Program-made: the position numbers and the translations under genes
In this document: positions 15,758-28,795 of the stretch, in pieces
Layout of the letters: each line of letters starts with the position of its first letter
How positions within the stretch are numbered: the first letter of the stretch is position 1
Notes under the pieces: model-generated
Seen by the model: only the letters and a program-made list of their open reading frames with translations
Database searches by the model: none
What the model was told of the DNA's origin: nothing
NCBI RefSeq assembly: GCF_000315625.1
Contig: NW_005434662.1
Coordinates: forward strand, 340,307 to 404,306
Length of the DNA stretch: 64,000 bases
From: Guillardia theta CCMP2712
Lineage: Eukaryota; Protista; Cryptophyta
Direction: 5' to 3'

Positions 15758-16443
15758 ATGTCCCACCCTCCCCCTGATCCTGGTCCACATGGCATGCCCA
15801 TTGCTGACTCGCTCCAGCCTGCTGCTCCCCGCAAGGCCCCAGAGACGGTCGTCATTCACTCCAGGACCAAGAGCGGGCTCATCCGCAGAGACAAGGCTGT
15901 CACGGTGAGTCTGGAGCAGCTCAAGGGTCTCTTCGGCTCGAGCCAGGAAAGCGCCGCACAGTCGCTGGTACGTGATGCTGGTCGCAGGAGCGCTGCTGAC
16001 GCTGACGGGCATTCGTGTAGGGGGTGTCGCTGACGAGCTTCAAAGGCGCCTGCAGGAAGCTTGGCCTTGACCGATGGCCTTACACGAGGGGCAAGCAGCG
16101 GCCTCCAAACAGCCCCCCGCGCAGCTCGACTGCCTCGCCCATAGTAAGCGACGGCCCTGCTGCACGTGTAGACACACACGACGCGGGAGCCGACGAGCAA
16201 GCGGAGGATGCCGAGGCCTCCATGCCGTCTCACGGCTTGACGACCTGCTCATACGACTTGACGACCTTGCTCGAGGGCAGCCATCTCATGACAGGGTCCA
16301 GGAGATCGACGGGAGAGCAGAGCGCCGGAGCAACCAGGCAGGCTGAGGAGGCGGGAGGGACAGAAGGCTTGTCAGCTTTAGATCTTGAGTGGATACAGGA
16401 GTATATGGCGGCCGACATGGATTGCGAGGAGGGAGCAATCTGA
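15758..16443 (+). CDS. RWP-RK domain transcription factor (copy 1), one intron ~15968-16020
   Basis: VSLEQLKGLFGSSQESAAQSL/GVSLTSFKGACRKLGLDRWPYTR matches the RWP-RK signature. Confidence 0.9.
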
Positions 16444-16957
16444 TAGTAGAAAAACGTCTTCTCGTCGCAGCTACATGAGATGGAGAGCTTGGGGAAGATA
16501 GAAGAGAGGTACTTTTGCGCATGTTAGATTACAGGTGTATCATCATAAAGACGTATGCGATAGCGTCAAAGTAAATGGATACTTAAGCAGTCTTTCCATG
16601 GAATAGTTGCGCGTAACAGAGGAGGAAATGTGCACGCCTCAGAGCTGTTTCTGGCTCAACATTTCAAAGCTAGAAAGAGTCTGGTGTATTTGAACAATGC
16701 AGTGAAGTTTCATGCAGCATTTTTCAATCTCACAGTCTGACCAAATGAATGTATTATTGCTCGAGTTTCCACATTGGATGTACAATACACACTCTAACAT
16801 CAAAGTATCAATCTTGTTTGATATCTTGCCATCTGTCATCATCATTTTCCTAGCCTTCTGTACAGGAAATACTCTAACATGCGCAAAAGTACCTCTCTTC
16901 TATCTTCCCCAAGCTCTCCATCTCATGTAGCTGCGACGAGAAGACGTTTTTCTACTA

Positions 16958-17643
16958 TCAGATTGCTCCCTCCTCGCAATCCATGTCGGCCGCCATATAC
17001 TCCTGTATCCACTCAAGATCTAAAGCTGACAAGCCTTCTGTCCCTCCCGCCTCCTCAGCCTGCCTGGTTGCTCCGGCGCTCTGCTCTCCCGTCGATCTCC
17101 TGGACCCCGTCATGAGATGGCTGCCCTCGAGCAAGGTCGTCAAGTCGTATGAGCAGGTCGTCAAGCCGTGAGACGGCATGGAGGCCTCGGCATCCTCCGC
17201 TTGCTCGTCGGCTCCCGCGTCGTGTGTGTCTACACGTGCAGCAGGGCCGTCGCTTACTATGGGCGAGGCAGTCGAGCTGCGCGGGGGGCTGTTTGGAGGC
17301 CGCTGCTTGCCCCTCGTGTAAGGCCATCGGTCAAGGCCAAGCTTCCTGCAGGCGCCTTTGAAGCTCGTCAGCGACACCCCCTACACGCATGCCCGTCAGC
17401 GTCAGCAGCGCTCCTGCGACCGGCATCACGTACCAGCGACTGTGCGGCGCTTTCCTGGCTCGAGCCGAAGAGACCCTTGAGCCGCTCCAGACTCACCGTG
17501 ACAGCCTTGTCTCTGCGGATGAGCCCGCTCTTGGTCCTGGAGTGAATGACGACCGTCTCTGGGGCCTTGCGGGGAGCAGCAGGCTGGAGCGAGTCAGCAA
17601 TGGGCATGCCATGTGGACCAGGATCAGGGAGAGGGTGGGACAT
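16958..17643 (-). CDS. RWP-RK domain transcription factor (copy 2, inverted duplicate)
   Basis: Near-identical reverse complement of copy 1. The exon-2 protein is identical. Confidence 0.88.
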
Positions 17644-17879
17644 GTGCAGGGAGGAGGGAGTGAGCGCAGGCGATGGTCACGTTGACCACGGTAATTAGAA
17701 GTTTGAATGGGGCGGCCAACCTTGTGTTTGAAAAGATTGTTGTTCGGGTTGCACCTGTTATCACGGGAACCATATCTCACAAAAGGGCGCAAGAAGTAAT
17801 GGGGTCCGTGCTGTAGCTGCTTCATTTCCAACATGGGACGTTTCGAGGGGGATAAGGAGATTCTGATCGGATTTGGTCA

Positions 17880-18600
17880 CTAATCATCCGATGTCACCGC
17901 TCGTCGAACACGCGGCCCGCCCCGGCGGAGTCCAAAGCCCTAGCCAGCCTGGGGGGTCATAGCGGCAGTGAGCCTCAGTGACTACGGTAGGGCCTCCCGT
18001 GCCAGGCTGAGTCATCCGGGTCACGGGTGATCCGTCCGCAAGCCCCGCGGGCCTGAGCATCCCGGAAGTTGGGCTCGGAAAGGCTCTCAGTCACGCCGTG
18101 ATGCCCCGGCTTCCTCAGGTTACTCAAACTTTTCAAATCGGACTCGGAAAACTCCGACAGCGAGAACCAACTTGACGGGCCGGGCCCATCCTGCCAACTT
18201 GCGGTCACGGCTGTACCCCAACCCGGCATTAACTGATACCTTTCGAAGTTCACGTACAGCGATGTCGCCGGCCGGGAGTGTGGCCACCGTCGAACTCGAA
18301 GTCTTGCGACCGTCATGGTCCGACTCAGGCCCGGGGCGAGAGGCCATCTCAGCGCTGCCGTCACAAGTTCCCCCAAGTTGTTCGCCGAGCGATCCGCCAG
18401 CCACCGTAGCGAAATGCATCACTGAGTCCTGCAAGAGTCCATCACTGTGCTCTCAGTACGGTAGTGACTCGCCGGATCAGTGCCGGCCGCCGGCCCGGCC
18501 GGGCCGGGCCGGGCGTTGCCGGGTTCCGAAGACCCGCCCGGCCGGCAACCGTTTTGTAACGGTCAGTCCCAAAATAGTCTTTTTGCGGTCAGTACAGTTG
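17880..18600. repeat. GC-rich palindromic intergenic repeat patch (dispersed repeat family)
   Basis: Runs such as CCGGCCGCCGGCCCGGCCGGGCCGGGCCGGG. Similar texture at ~28860-29170, 49250-49455 and 53390-53820. Confidence 0.5.
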
Positions 18601-18626
18601 AATGGCTTGACAAGCCTTGAAGGGAA

Positions 18627-21600
18627 ATGGCGGTGCCGGTGCGCGCGTGGGGAGGGGCTCTGAGCCTGCTGGTCCTCGGGGCAGCTACAGTCCTTCTCCT
18701 TCTCACTCAGCAAGATGATCAGGCTGGGCCGCCAGGAGAGCTGAAGCTGAGCGAGGATGAGAGCACTGTTGACCATTTCTTCGCAGTGCCAGGGTTTGAC
18801 AAGCGCTCCCTGCAGTCAAGACTCCGAGTGAGCGACCAGGACCAAGAGGATGCGGCAGCGGCGGCAGCTTCTCTGCCAGTATCTGACAGCGGAGCGGAAT
18901 TGCCAGATGCGGAGATAGCACGCCAAATGGCACAAGGAGGATATCAGTTTGCAAAGCGGCAAATTCATATCGCTGACTCCAAGAGTGCAACAGGAGTCAG
19001 AGGGGGCGAGGTAGGGTATGGAGAAGGAGGAGAGGGAGGTCAAGGAGGAGGCAGTGACAGTGGCGGAGGAGGAGAAGCAGGAGGAGAAGCAGGAGGAGGA
19101 GGAAGCGGCGGCGGCGGCGGCGGCGGCGGCAGAGGAGGAGGACGAGGAGGAAGCGGAGGAGGAGGAGGAAGCGGAGGAGGAGGAAATGTTGGCAGGGATG
19201 GTTGGGGACTTAGGGAGGATGGAGCAGCTCCTACTGGACCGATGAACAGACGTGGAGTCGATGGTGGTGGTGGTGGTGGAGGAGGAGGAGGAGGAGGAGG
19301 AGGAGGAGGAGGAGGAGGAGATATGGAAGACGGGAGCCAAGGCAGTGTTGGCGCAGGCAGGGGTGGCTTGGGAAGCTTGGGAGGCAAGCAGAGTGAGGCA
19401 ACGAGCGAGAGAATGAGGATTGAAGAAAACTCTGCTGACGGCACTTTTGATTCTCAAAGTGACGGGAGAGGATATTCAAATGCTGGAGGGGAGGGAGAGG
19501 GAGAAACTGCGGGAGAGGCAAGCGGAGGTGGTGGAATGGGATTAGAAAGACCTTGGGTAGAGGGCAAGGCAGATGCCTCGGGCAGAAGCGGAGGCACCAG
19601 TCAGGGACCTTATGGGGCAGCTGGTGATGGGCGAAGGGAGGGTGATTGGGGGTTCGGAGGAGACGAAGCTGGGAATGTGGGTGGAAGTGGTGTTGGCAGC
19701 TCGTCGTCTGCTGGAGGGCAGGGGGTTGGAGCAGATAATCTGAAGAAGTATTGGGCGTCGAAGATGATCAGCGGCCTTGTGAAGATTCTTGATCCAGAGG
19801 GAAGCTCGGAATATCTTCAGAAGATAAAGCAGATGGCAGCCCTTCCTGCTGGCATGCAGTCACAAGCTGCACCTGGGTTGGCTCCGATGGATGGTGGTCA
19901 TGGCAGAGAAGGGACGTCTGTGGCTGGGGGAGCCGGCCAGGGTGGGGAAGGGGAATCGAGCGAAGCTGGGAATGGAGCAGGGGAAGGAGAGGATGGAGCA
20001 GGGGAAGCTGGCTTGAGCGATGCGGTCTCCAAAGACCTGGTAGAAGAGTTGGTTTGCTGCAGAAGACTTCTGAATGGGGTTGGCAGGAACGTCTCATCAA
20101 GAGCAGATGGAATTCGTTCAAGAGCAAGGTCTGTGAGCAGCTAGTCCATGAGATTGAAAACTGAGCTTCTGCTTGTCAAGGTCGGGAGAGACCATTCGTT
20201 TTCCGCACAGGACATGTCCCTGATCAGAGGGCTGGTAGAGTCATACGTGAAGGGAGTGGATGGAGCAGGGGCTGCAGGTAGGCAAGGAGGTCAAGCAGGA
20301 GATGGGGAGTACGCAAAGATTCTGTTTGGTGAGAGATGCGTGTTGAAATGCATCTAGCGTGTGAGAGTATCTGTACAGGGAAAGGAAAGTCAGCCGAGTC
20401 TGCCATGCGGGCTGCCAGTCAAATTGCCCAGGCGCTCGACGGCAATCTTGCAAGACTCGGGATCGGAGCTTCAGGGCAGGGAGGAAGCGGGGTACACGGA
20501 AAGGACGGGATGGCAGGAAGCGAGGGAGCGGAAGGGGCGGAGGGAGCAGAAGGGGCAGGAGGCTCAGCATGTGAGTGAATTGTCGATGAGATCTGTAGCT
20601 TCACCTTAACTTTTGAATGTCCAGCGTCTGTGGCAGGACGAGGGGCAGCAGTCGAGGACGCGCTTGCTGAAGCTTTCAATGACGAGGGGCTCTACATCCC
20701 TCCCAAGAGCGTGAGTGTCGCTCCCCACCGTTCTCACCTAGGTCAGTGTATGACTTGCTGGCCTGCAGGGACTTTCGGGGAGTGGAGTGGGAGGAGGCTC
20801 CCCCTACGGAGGCGTCCTTCCCCTGAAAAAGTTGGAGCCTTCCTCTGCGGCCGGCTCGGGTAAGCGAGGATGGTTTGCCTTACTTGGAGATGACGTGTCA
20901 ACAGGAGCTGCGTCTGTTGGGAGCTCAGCAGGAGCAGGAGCAGGTGCAGGAGCAGGTGCAGGAGCAGGGGGAGGATGCGGTGAAGATCTTCGGAAATTTG
21001 CAGACCTACTGAACTCTGAGGGGCTGATGAAGAACAATCCTTGTGGCGGAGGAGGTGGTGGAGGCGGCGGAGGAGGAGGAGGCGGCGGCGGCGGAGGAGG
21101 AGGAGGAGGTGGCGGAGGAGGGGTGGCGGAGGAGGAGGAGGAGGAGGAGGAGGAGGAGGAGGAGGAGAAAGCTGCTCAGCTCACTCGCGGGTGGCACATG
21201 GGAGGGTCTCGCCATCGACGGCAGTGGAGGTGAACAAGAGCGTGACGATCCTGTGCGACGAGAACTTCTTCATCCGACCCAGAGTCGAGCCGCTCACTGG
21301 TGAACCCCTGACCTGCTGGGATGGAGTCCAGCTGAGCAGCTGCGGCTCTAGAGGAGGGGTTGCAGTCTGTCAGCAGGATCGCCGCTTTCAGCCCAAGCTC
21401 TCCTGTGCTGGCCCCTTCTGCTCGCTGCCGGCTCCTCACCCTCACGCCTCCGTCTCCCCCTCAGCTCGGGTGCTGGCGGGGGCAAGCGTGAACGTCTCGT
21501 GCGAGGAGGGATACTTCGTCTCCTCCAGCTCCGGGCCAGCTGGCTGGGGAGAGGAGACCTGCTTCCCCGACGGAAGGTTTCGTCCCCAGCTCAGGTGCGA

Positions 21601-24600
21601 GCCATGGTGTGACCCTCCAGCTCAGCCCGAGCACGCGACTGTCTCGCGGCATGACATGGTGAGGAGTGGAGAGACTGTGGAGGTGACTTGCGACCGGGGG
21701 TACCTGGTGGCTGGGGAGGACGGGAAGAGGAGCAGGAGCATTCGCTGCTATCCCAACCGATCATTCTGGCCGGAGGTCTCGTGCGATGGTCCCTGGTGCC
21801 CTCCCATCTCTCCTCCCCCCAACAGCTTCGCCTCTCCTCCTGGGTACGTGCGGGTAGGAGACAACGTCAGCATCCACTGCAGGGACGGGTTCGTGCCGTG
21901 GGGAGGAGGAGGAGAGTTTCCGGTCTGCTTCTCCAACCTCACCTTCTCCCCTGCTCGTGGTTGTGCTCGGAGCTGCGGGGTTCATCCGGAGGTGGAGCAT
22001 GCGGCAGTCGCTCCCAATGAGCGTCGGGTGCACCTTGGAAGAGGATCGCAGCACGTCACCATCGAATGCAATCAGGATTACGTCCCTGTGGGGCCGGGGA
22101 GTACCCACCCCTGGTGCCAGCAGGATGGGACATTCACCCGTGCTGCATCCTGTATGCGCGTCTGCGGATCGTTCGCTGCTCCCCCTCACTCCCTGGTGCT
22201 TGACCGCCCGTCGCCGGCCAGCATGGTCAACGACTCATTGGTGGAGAGAGGATGGAGCTCGGAGCTCTCTTGGACGAACAGGACGGCGTCGTTCCTTCAG
22301 GGAGAGGAGGTCGTGATGAGGTGCGAGGAGGGGTACCTCCCTGTGGGAGATGGGAGTCTGCACCCGTCCTGCATGCCCAACGGCTCCTTCTCTCCTGCCA
22401 AGAGCTGCCTGCGATCTTGCAGCAAGTTCGACCCTCCTCCCCATGGCGTCGTTACTTTCTTCCTCCGGCCCGGGCTGGACGTGCCTGTGGAGGGAGACCT
22501 GGCATTCCTCCGCTGTCAGGAGAACTTCACGCTAGGAGGCAATGGAACGCACGTGCCCATGTGTATGAAGGACGGAGAGTTCGAGGAGAGGAGGGTGTGC
22601 GTCCCCCTGCCGTCTCCTGTTCTGCGGAGGCCAGAGGTGCCGATGACGCGGCTGAGGAAGTACGTGGAGGAGATGGAGAAGCTGCTTCGGCGGGCGAGGA
22701 GGGCGACGAGGGGGATGGGAACTCTAGTGCTCCACATGAACGACCTCTTCAACCTGACAGACTTCGAGTATCACGCCACCAAGACTCGCCTCCCCTGCCG
22801 GCTGGGCTTCGAGACCTACTGCCATGAGCGGGTGAAGGAGGCGAAGGAGGCCGAAGGCTCGTCGTCCTCTGCCGAAGGCAACGCCCAGCGCTTGCTCGGC
22901 ATCGCTAAGTCCCATCTGAAGCTCATGCAGTCGGTGGACGAGCAGATCGTGAGGAAGTTCACGAGGATGCAGGAGGTGGATGAGGAGGAGATGGACAGGA
23001 TGGAAGCCTGCGCCAACGCTCTGTATGCGGCTGAACCCTATCTGCCAGAGGAGGAGGGGGCAGATACAGTCGAAGTATCTGCACCTTCTCCTCCTCCCCC
23101 GGCAAGCGTCAAGGTTGAGGGAGACGCTGGAGGCTCATGGGACCCGCTGGATGACGTTGAAAACTTCTTGTTAGGGAAGAGGAAGCAAGCAGGGAGCAAG
23201 TTGAAGTCTCGAGCGTTGCAGAAAGGAGGAGCAGGAGGAGGAAGCGGAGAGGGGGGAGCAGGAGGAGGTGAAGGGGGCAAGGCAGGATCAGACTGGTACA
23301 ACCTAGACGTGTACGACTTCCTGATGGGGGAGAAACAACATTCTTCACGAGATATAGACGTTCGAGGGAAAGGAAGAGGCAGACAAGCAGGAGCAGGAGG
23401 TGGGAGAGCAGCAGAAGCAGCAGGGGAGGACATTTCGCATGATCCTCCTCCTGCTGTCTCCCACACGTCTAGGAGGAAGCTGCTGAGCATCAGTTCGACA
23501 AGGAGCAGCCGACACTCGCGGCAGTTCACGTCAGGCTCTGCCCTCCTCCTCCCCGACCGCCTTGCAAGGACCTCCTCCTCTCACTCCAGCCTGGAGCAGC
23601 TCCGGACTGTGATGAAGCACCTGTTGCAGCGCCTTAAGGTGCAGAGGAGAGAGATCATGAGGCCTGAAAGTACATCCGTCGACGTCCGGAGGAGGGGGGA
23701 GCAGCAGCTGCTGCTGCAGCAGGAGGAGGCAGGAGGGGCTCGGAGCAAGAAACCTGCACGCGTGCAAGACCTCTTCAACTTCGAGGACATCGAAAGGATC
23801 ATCGACACCTCATCTCCTTACACGGAGAGCGTCTGGAGGCCGTTGACCGTGTCGTGCCATGACAGCGTCAAGGGCCTCAAGAATGGGACGGTCAGTAGCA
23901 GCTCGACCAGCCCGTTCGTCTGCGCGTAGTCCTGACTGTCTTGCAGGTCTCCATCACTCGGCGGGATGAGCTGGTGAAGCAACTGGAGGAGGAAGCTGAA
24001 CGAGTGGAGCAGGTTGAGGAGATGAAAAGACAACTATCACCATCATCATCTCCATCATCATCATAGTCATTGTCATCATTATCACCATCACCATCACCAT
24101 CACCATCACTATCACCGTCCCATTCACATTCTCACTTTCACGGACTGCACATTCTCGCATTCACATACCCAAGTCTTGACGTCCGCGTATACACAACTTC
24201 ACATTCACAGTCACAACATAGAATGATAAGATATCGGCAGAGTGCGCACAGCACGAGGAACCGACACAATCTGAGCCCAAATGCCGCTGAAGCATTGTCA
24301 CAATCCAAAGACGATCACAAGAATATGTCTCAATCCCATCCGCACATGTCACAACAACTGCACTTCGTTGACAACATCGCACAACCACTCCTTTCATCTC
24401 GCCTTCTCCTTCTGACTTGAGAAATGCACAGCGCGTGGAAATCTTCGTGAACATGACAAAGAAGGAGCTGGAGGCCATGAGAGAGATCGTTGACGTCGAG
24501 TTGAAGGTTTGACACCTCGAGCCTCTCCGCGCACGTTTCTCACCCTCCCCTTCCCCGCAGCAACTGAAGGTCAAGATCGACAAATTGAACGCTATCACCG

Positions 24601-25061
24601 AAGCAGGATACAACACTGCAGACAAGGCCCTTGCAGGTCGACCACTCCTTGCTCCTGCCTTCAAGCTTCTCCTTCGTTTCTCTGTCCCTCCTCCTCCTCC
24701 TCCATCCTCCTTCCGCCTTCACTATCATATGTCCCTTACATGCTCTCCTCCGCTCCTTCATCTACCTTGTCCTTGGTTGTCTCTCTCCTATTTTCCCTGC
24801 TCCGTTTCTGCTCCGTCTTTCCCTCCTCCCTACCTCTCTCCGTCCCTTACTCTCTTCCACCTGCTTCTCCCCTCCCTCCAGCCTTGTGCTCATGACGGTG
24901 GCCATGGTCAGATGCGACATCCGCTGATCCGGACAAGTACAAGTCTCCAGTCGACAACAACGCCAACATTCAATCTATCGATGTTGAACTCGCTCGCTGT
25001 CTGCATCATCGTTGCTGACTGTCTTCCACAGGACATCCAGAGAATGGTGTTCAACGAATGA
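18627..25061 (+). CDS. Very large signal/anchor-bearing protein: Gly-rich region, about 7 Sushi/CCP-like domains, C-terminal coiled coils; multi-exon
   Basis: Hydrophobic N-terminus WGGALSLLVLGAATVLLLL. Repeats of C-x-P...H...V-x-x-x-C-x-x-G-Y...C-x-x-D-G-x-F...C at 21170-22610. Terminal exons splice in frame to DIQRMVFNE*. Could be two genes. Confidence 0.7.
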
Positions 25062-25186
25062 GAGAAGAGAGAGGGAGAGAGTTCGCTCTTGTCATCAAGG
25101 CTTCTTCTCCATAATGGTTCATGTCATAGGTATGTCAAAATGTCGTGTAATGTAAATGTTGCAAAGTCACAACACCCCCCCCCTCT

Positions 25187-26360
25187 TCAATCAACACAAG
25201 ACGACAGCCATTGTACGATCTCAGCGTCTACATCGACGCCTGTCCCATCAGGCTGCTCCCCCCCCGACTCGCCGACCCCTCCTCTCGAGTTGAAGACAAG
25301 AGACTTGTCGTCAACTGCCCTATCTGTCCTCGAAATATCGATCAAAACCCTGTGTTCCATGATTACTGCCTTCGTCATCACCAACACAAATTCGTTCGCT
25401 CTCAGACCCCTCCACCTCTTCACTTCCTCCACCTCCACCACACCCACATCACCACATCGCCATCATCCCCTCTTTCATACATGTACAGGAGACAATCGCA
25501 CACGTACGCAGGCTCACATTTTCTCTTGCATGTTGTCGACCCCCTCAGGGATCTCGAGGAATTCCACATGCAGTCCCCTCCTCTCCAGGTCCTCCACAAA
25601 CTTGTTCACACTCGAAGCTTCATAGTCCTTCCCCCGCACCTGCAGCATGAACATCGCCTTTGCAGCACTCATCCCCATGCCTTCCTCCTGCTTCCCCTGA
25701 CCTCTCCCAAGAACCTCTGCCACCATCCGCGACAGGAAGAAGTAGGACGTGGAGTGCGTGGTATCCCCGTATACCACGTCCGAGCCCACAATCACGTCCA
25801 CCCCGCCCATCCAGGACGGAAGGTCGTCTCTCCACTCGAGGTGCTTCACATCGATCTTGGAGGAGAGACCGTTCTGCACGACGTTCTTCCTCAGGTTCTT
25901 CAGCGCGTCCCTGCTGCCGTCGGTGGCTGTAACCGACCCGACACCTCCCACTCCCATAGCGATTCCCATGGACAAAACTCCCGTCCCCGCCCCAACCTCG
26001 ACGACCTTGGCGTTGTTGGGGAGAGAGGTCGGGTGACTGATGAGATAATCTGCGAAGATTCGGCTCGCAGGCCAAACATGCTCCTCCTCCTTCCACTTCT
26101 CCCATACGTGAAGGACGTCCTTCCCTACAGGTACTTCAACAAGATGCTGTCCTCCCCTCCGATTTCCTGAGAAATCCTACGAGTCAGTCATCAAGAACCA
26201 TCAGTAAGGCACGAGCTAGAATCATGATGTCTGATACGTATGATTCGCTCCCACCATCACCAAACCCTCGTGCGCACGCTCTCTCCACTCATACCATGAG
26301 CACCCCGAGCGTCCTCAATGCAAGGCGCCAACCACACAGATCGCATGCTCGTTGATGAAT
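25187..26360 (-). CDS. Methyltransferase-16 / METTL21-type protein lysine methyltransferase
   Basis: HVWPASRIFADYL, motif I VVEVGAGTGVLS, VTATD, LEW and VIVGSDVVY (DxxY). The 5' exons are uncertain. Confidence 0.85.
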
Positions 26361-26767
26361 GCATTCTTGTCTCTCCTCCTCTCCTCCTCCTCTCCTCCTT
26401 GTCCCTGGCCCTCCCTCCACTCACCTTGACCTGCCATGGGGAGTCGCAAGTCAACCCCCAGTTTCTGTGAACCCTACCCCCACCTCAAATATTTTGTGTA
26501 CCATACTACCCTGCTTTTTTACTTCAAAACAGCACCTTGTGTACTACCCCACCCTATCATGAAAGGACCCCTGCATTCCTGCTTCCCTGCCCCATATCTT
26601 CCCCGAACTGTTCCTGTTCCCTTCAGACCTACGCCACCGCGCTCCCTCCCTCCCTCCCTCCCTCCCTCCCTTGCTGACTGTATCCCGAGCTTCCTCCATG
26701 CCCTGACGCTTGATCCCAACTGACCATCCAAGAGCTCTCCCTCAGCACGAGCTTGCTCGCAGTTCAC

Positions 26768-28795
26768 ATGGCATCGAATCATGCTCCCAGGGTGCGCCGA
26801 TTGAGAGCGTGATGCATGGTGTTGACAGATCTGCAGGAAACAAACTTCAGAGAGCCACTGGTGCTAGATAACAGGAATGTCGACATGGAACAGATGGAGG
26901 TCATCCGTCCGAAGAGACCGATCAAGTTCCTGAGGGAGATTGTGTGGGAGACGATCTTTGTGAAGGAGGACGAGGAGCTCTACATGTAAGTCTCCCACCT
27001 CCTCTAGCGCCTCATGCCACGTTTCTTCTGACCTCCTAGACTCTGACTGTCCTTGGCAGACGACCGTACCTGAGGAGGCTGGGGCAGATCCTCGAGGGCT
27101 TCCTGCTGCTCTGCATCATGTCATGCCTGATGATATCCATCGTTGACTCCTTCAACAACCTGGAGGCCAGGAACTCTTGCCATGCAGGAGAGCTCGTGAC
27201 GCTGCTTCCGCAGGTCACGCACCCCGAGAGCCATTGCTGGAGAGATTGCTGCAAGCACCGGGGAAAATGCAGCAAGGAGATCTGCAAAGCTCATGAGAAC
27301 GTATCGGGCGGTGAAGACTCTGTTTCTCTTCCGTTGACCAGCTCCGTAGGACACTGCGGTGGACGACGTCTGCCAGTTCGCACTGAGCTGGGGAGTGTTC
27401 AGGGACAGGACCTTGGTGGTACTTCTTGTGATCTTCACGACCGAGTACGTCCTGCGTGTATGGAGTTGTGTAGAGGACGTGCGGGTAAGCCGTTGATCCT
27501 CCTCGTGTACTGCTGGGCTGAAGGTGGTGATGCAGTTCAGGAGCCCGGTGTTTGGGAGGGTGAAGTGGATGCGGCAGCCGATGTCTCTGATAGACTTGTT
27601 CTCCCTCATACCTTTCTACATCGATATCCTCGTCTCTGAGCACGACACGCACGGTTCTCGATCCCTCCCTGCTGAGCTGAACCGCTCTCGCCGAGCCTTC
27701 CTCACGTCTTGCGCAGGCTCCTCCTACGTCTTTCGAACGATACGTCTCCTCCGAATCATCACCGTCTTCCGGTGGAAGCGGCCCTTGAAAGCCATGCACA
27801 TCCTGATCGAGGTTGACTGCGTCTTTCCTGCACGAAAAGCTGACAACTTCTCCCCTCACGCGCCGTCCAGGTGGCGAGCAAGAAGCAAGAGGAGCTAATG
27901 GTGACTTTCTTCGGGTCCATGATTCTCATCCTCCTCATCGGAAGTTTTATGTGCGCTCTCTTGCCTCACCGAAGGCTCTCCATCCAAGAATGATGGTGCT
28001 GCAGGTACGTGCTGGAAGGAGACGCCAACCCTGAGATGTTTCCAAACATCCCCAACGCACTCTGGTGGTAAGCTAGCGACGGGCTAGTTCGTTTGTAGTA
28101 GGTGAGGGTTATGCTCAGGTGTATCTCCTGCCTCTCTACCGTCGGCTACGGTGACGTCGTTCCGATCACTTGGATGGGGAAGGTGCCAGTGCAGAAAAGC
28201 CTTCTTCTCCCTGTTCTCACTGCAGTAAGTAGATGCTGGGCTCGTTAGCGTCCGTGCTCGGAGTTGGCTTGTTTGCGATGCCTGCCGGTCAGTTGATCAT
28301 TTCCTCTCCCGATGATTTCGCGTGATGCCAAGGTGGGCAGGTATCCTCGGGTCGGGGTTCTTGGAGGTGTATGCAGAGAGGAAGTCAAGGCACTCCCGGT
28401 CTAAGTGGGGCCCACGAGAATCCCAGCAGGTGTGTGGGGAGCTCGAGCGTGAGACGACAGTTGAGAGTGGAGCTGAGCAGACTGCCATGGAAGCTGATGC
28501 GAATCAAAATGTCGACAAGGATCTGGGCGTGCAGAATGACAGCAGCTTGCACGCCGCCAGCGAGATCACAAGTGAGATGGATGACTACCCGAGTATGGCG
28601 AACTTCACCAACCTGGAGAAGAGAATGTAAGGGAGGAGGCTCTCAGCTGGTTGCGAGCATCATGCTGAGCTGACTTTGCCGCCCAGGACCTCCATGGAGA
28701 ACGAGCTGAAAGATATGCGGGCAATGATCTCATCGCTGCTCCACCTGCTGCAGCCCATCGCCGAGAAGTCACTCAGGTCTCAGCCAACTCAATAA
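26768..28795 (+). CDS. Voltage-gated K+ channel (6TM, KCNQ-like S6), multi-exon
   Basis: S2 IFTTEYVLRVWS, S3 SLIDLFSLIPFYI, S4 FRTIRLLRIITVFRWKR, pore NIPNALW/WCISCLSTVGYGDVVP, S6 FAMPA/GILGSGF and a C-terminal coiled coil. Confidence 0.93.

Larger units (their letters stand above)
15720..17681. repeat. Long inverted repeat: arms 15720-16528 and 16873-17681 (809 bp each), 344-bp spacer
   Basis: Arm ends matched by eye (CGTGACCATCG...CATGTTAGA versus TCTAACATG...CGATGGTCACG). About six substitutions seen. Confidence 0.95.

Noticed and set aside
16529-16872. Short ORFs in the palindrome spacer
   Set aside because: No recognisable motif. AT-rich and likely UTR or filler sequence.
26519-26782. 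ATG at 26782 (-) as methyltransferase start
   Set aside because: It would overlap the better-supported first exon of the K+ channel, and there is no motif support.
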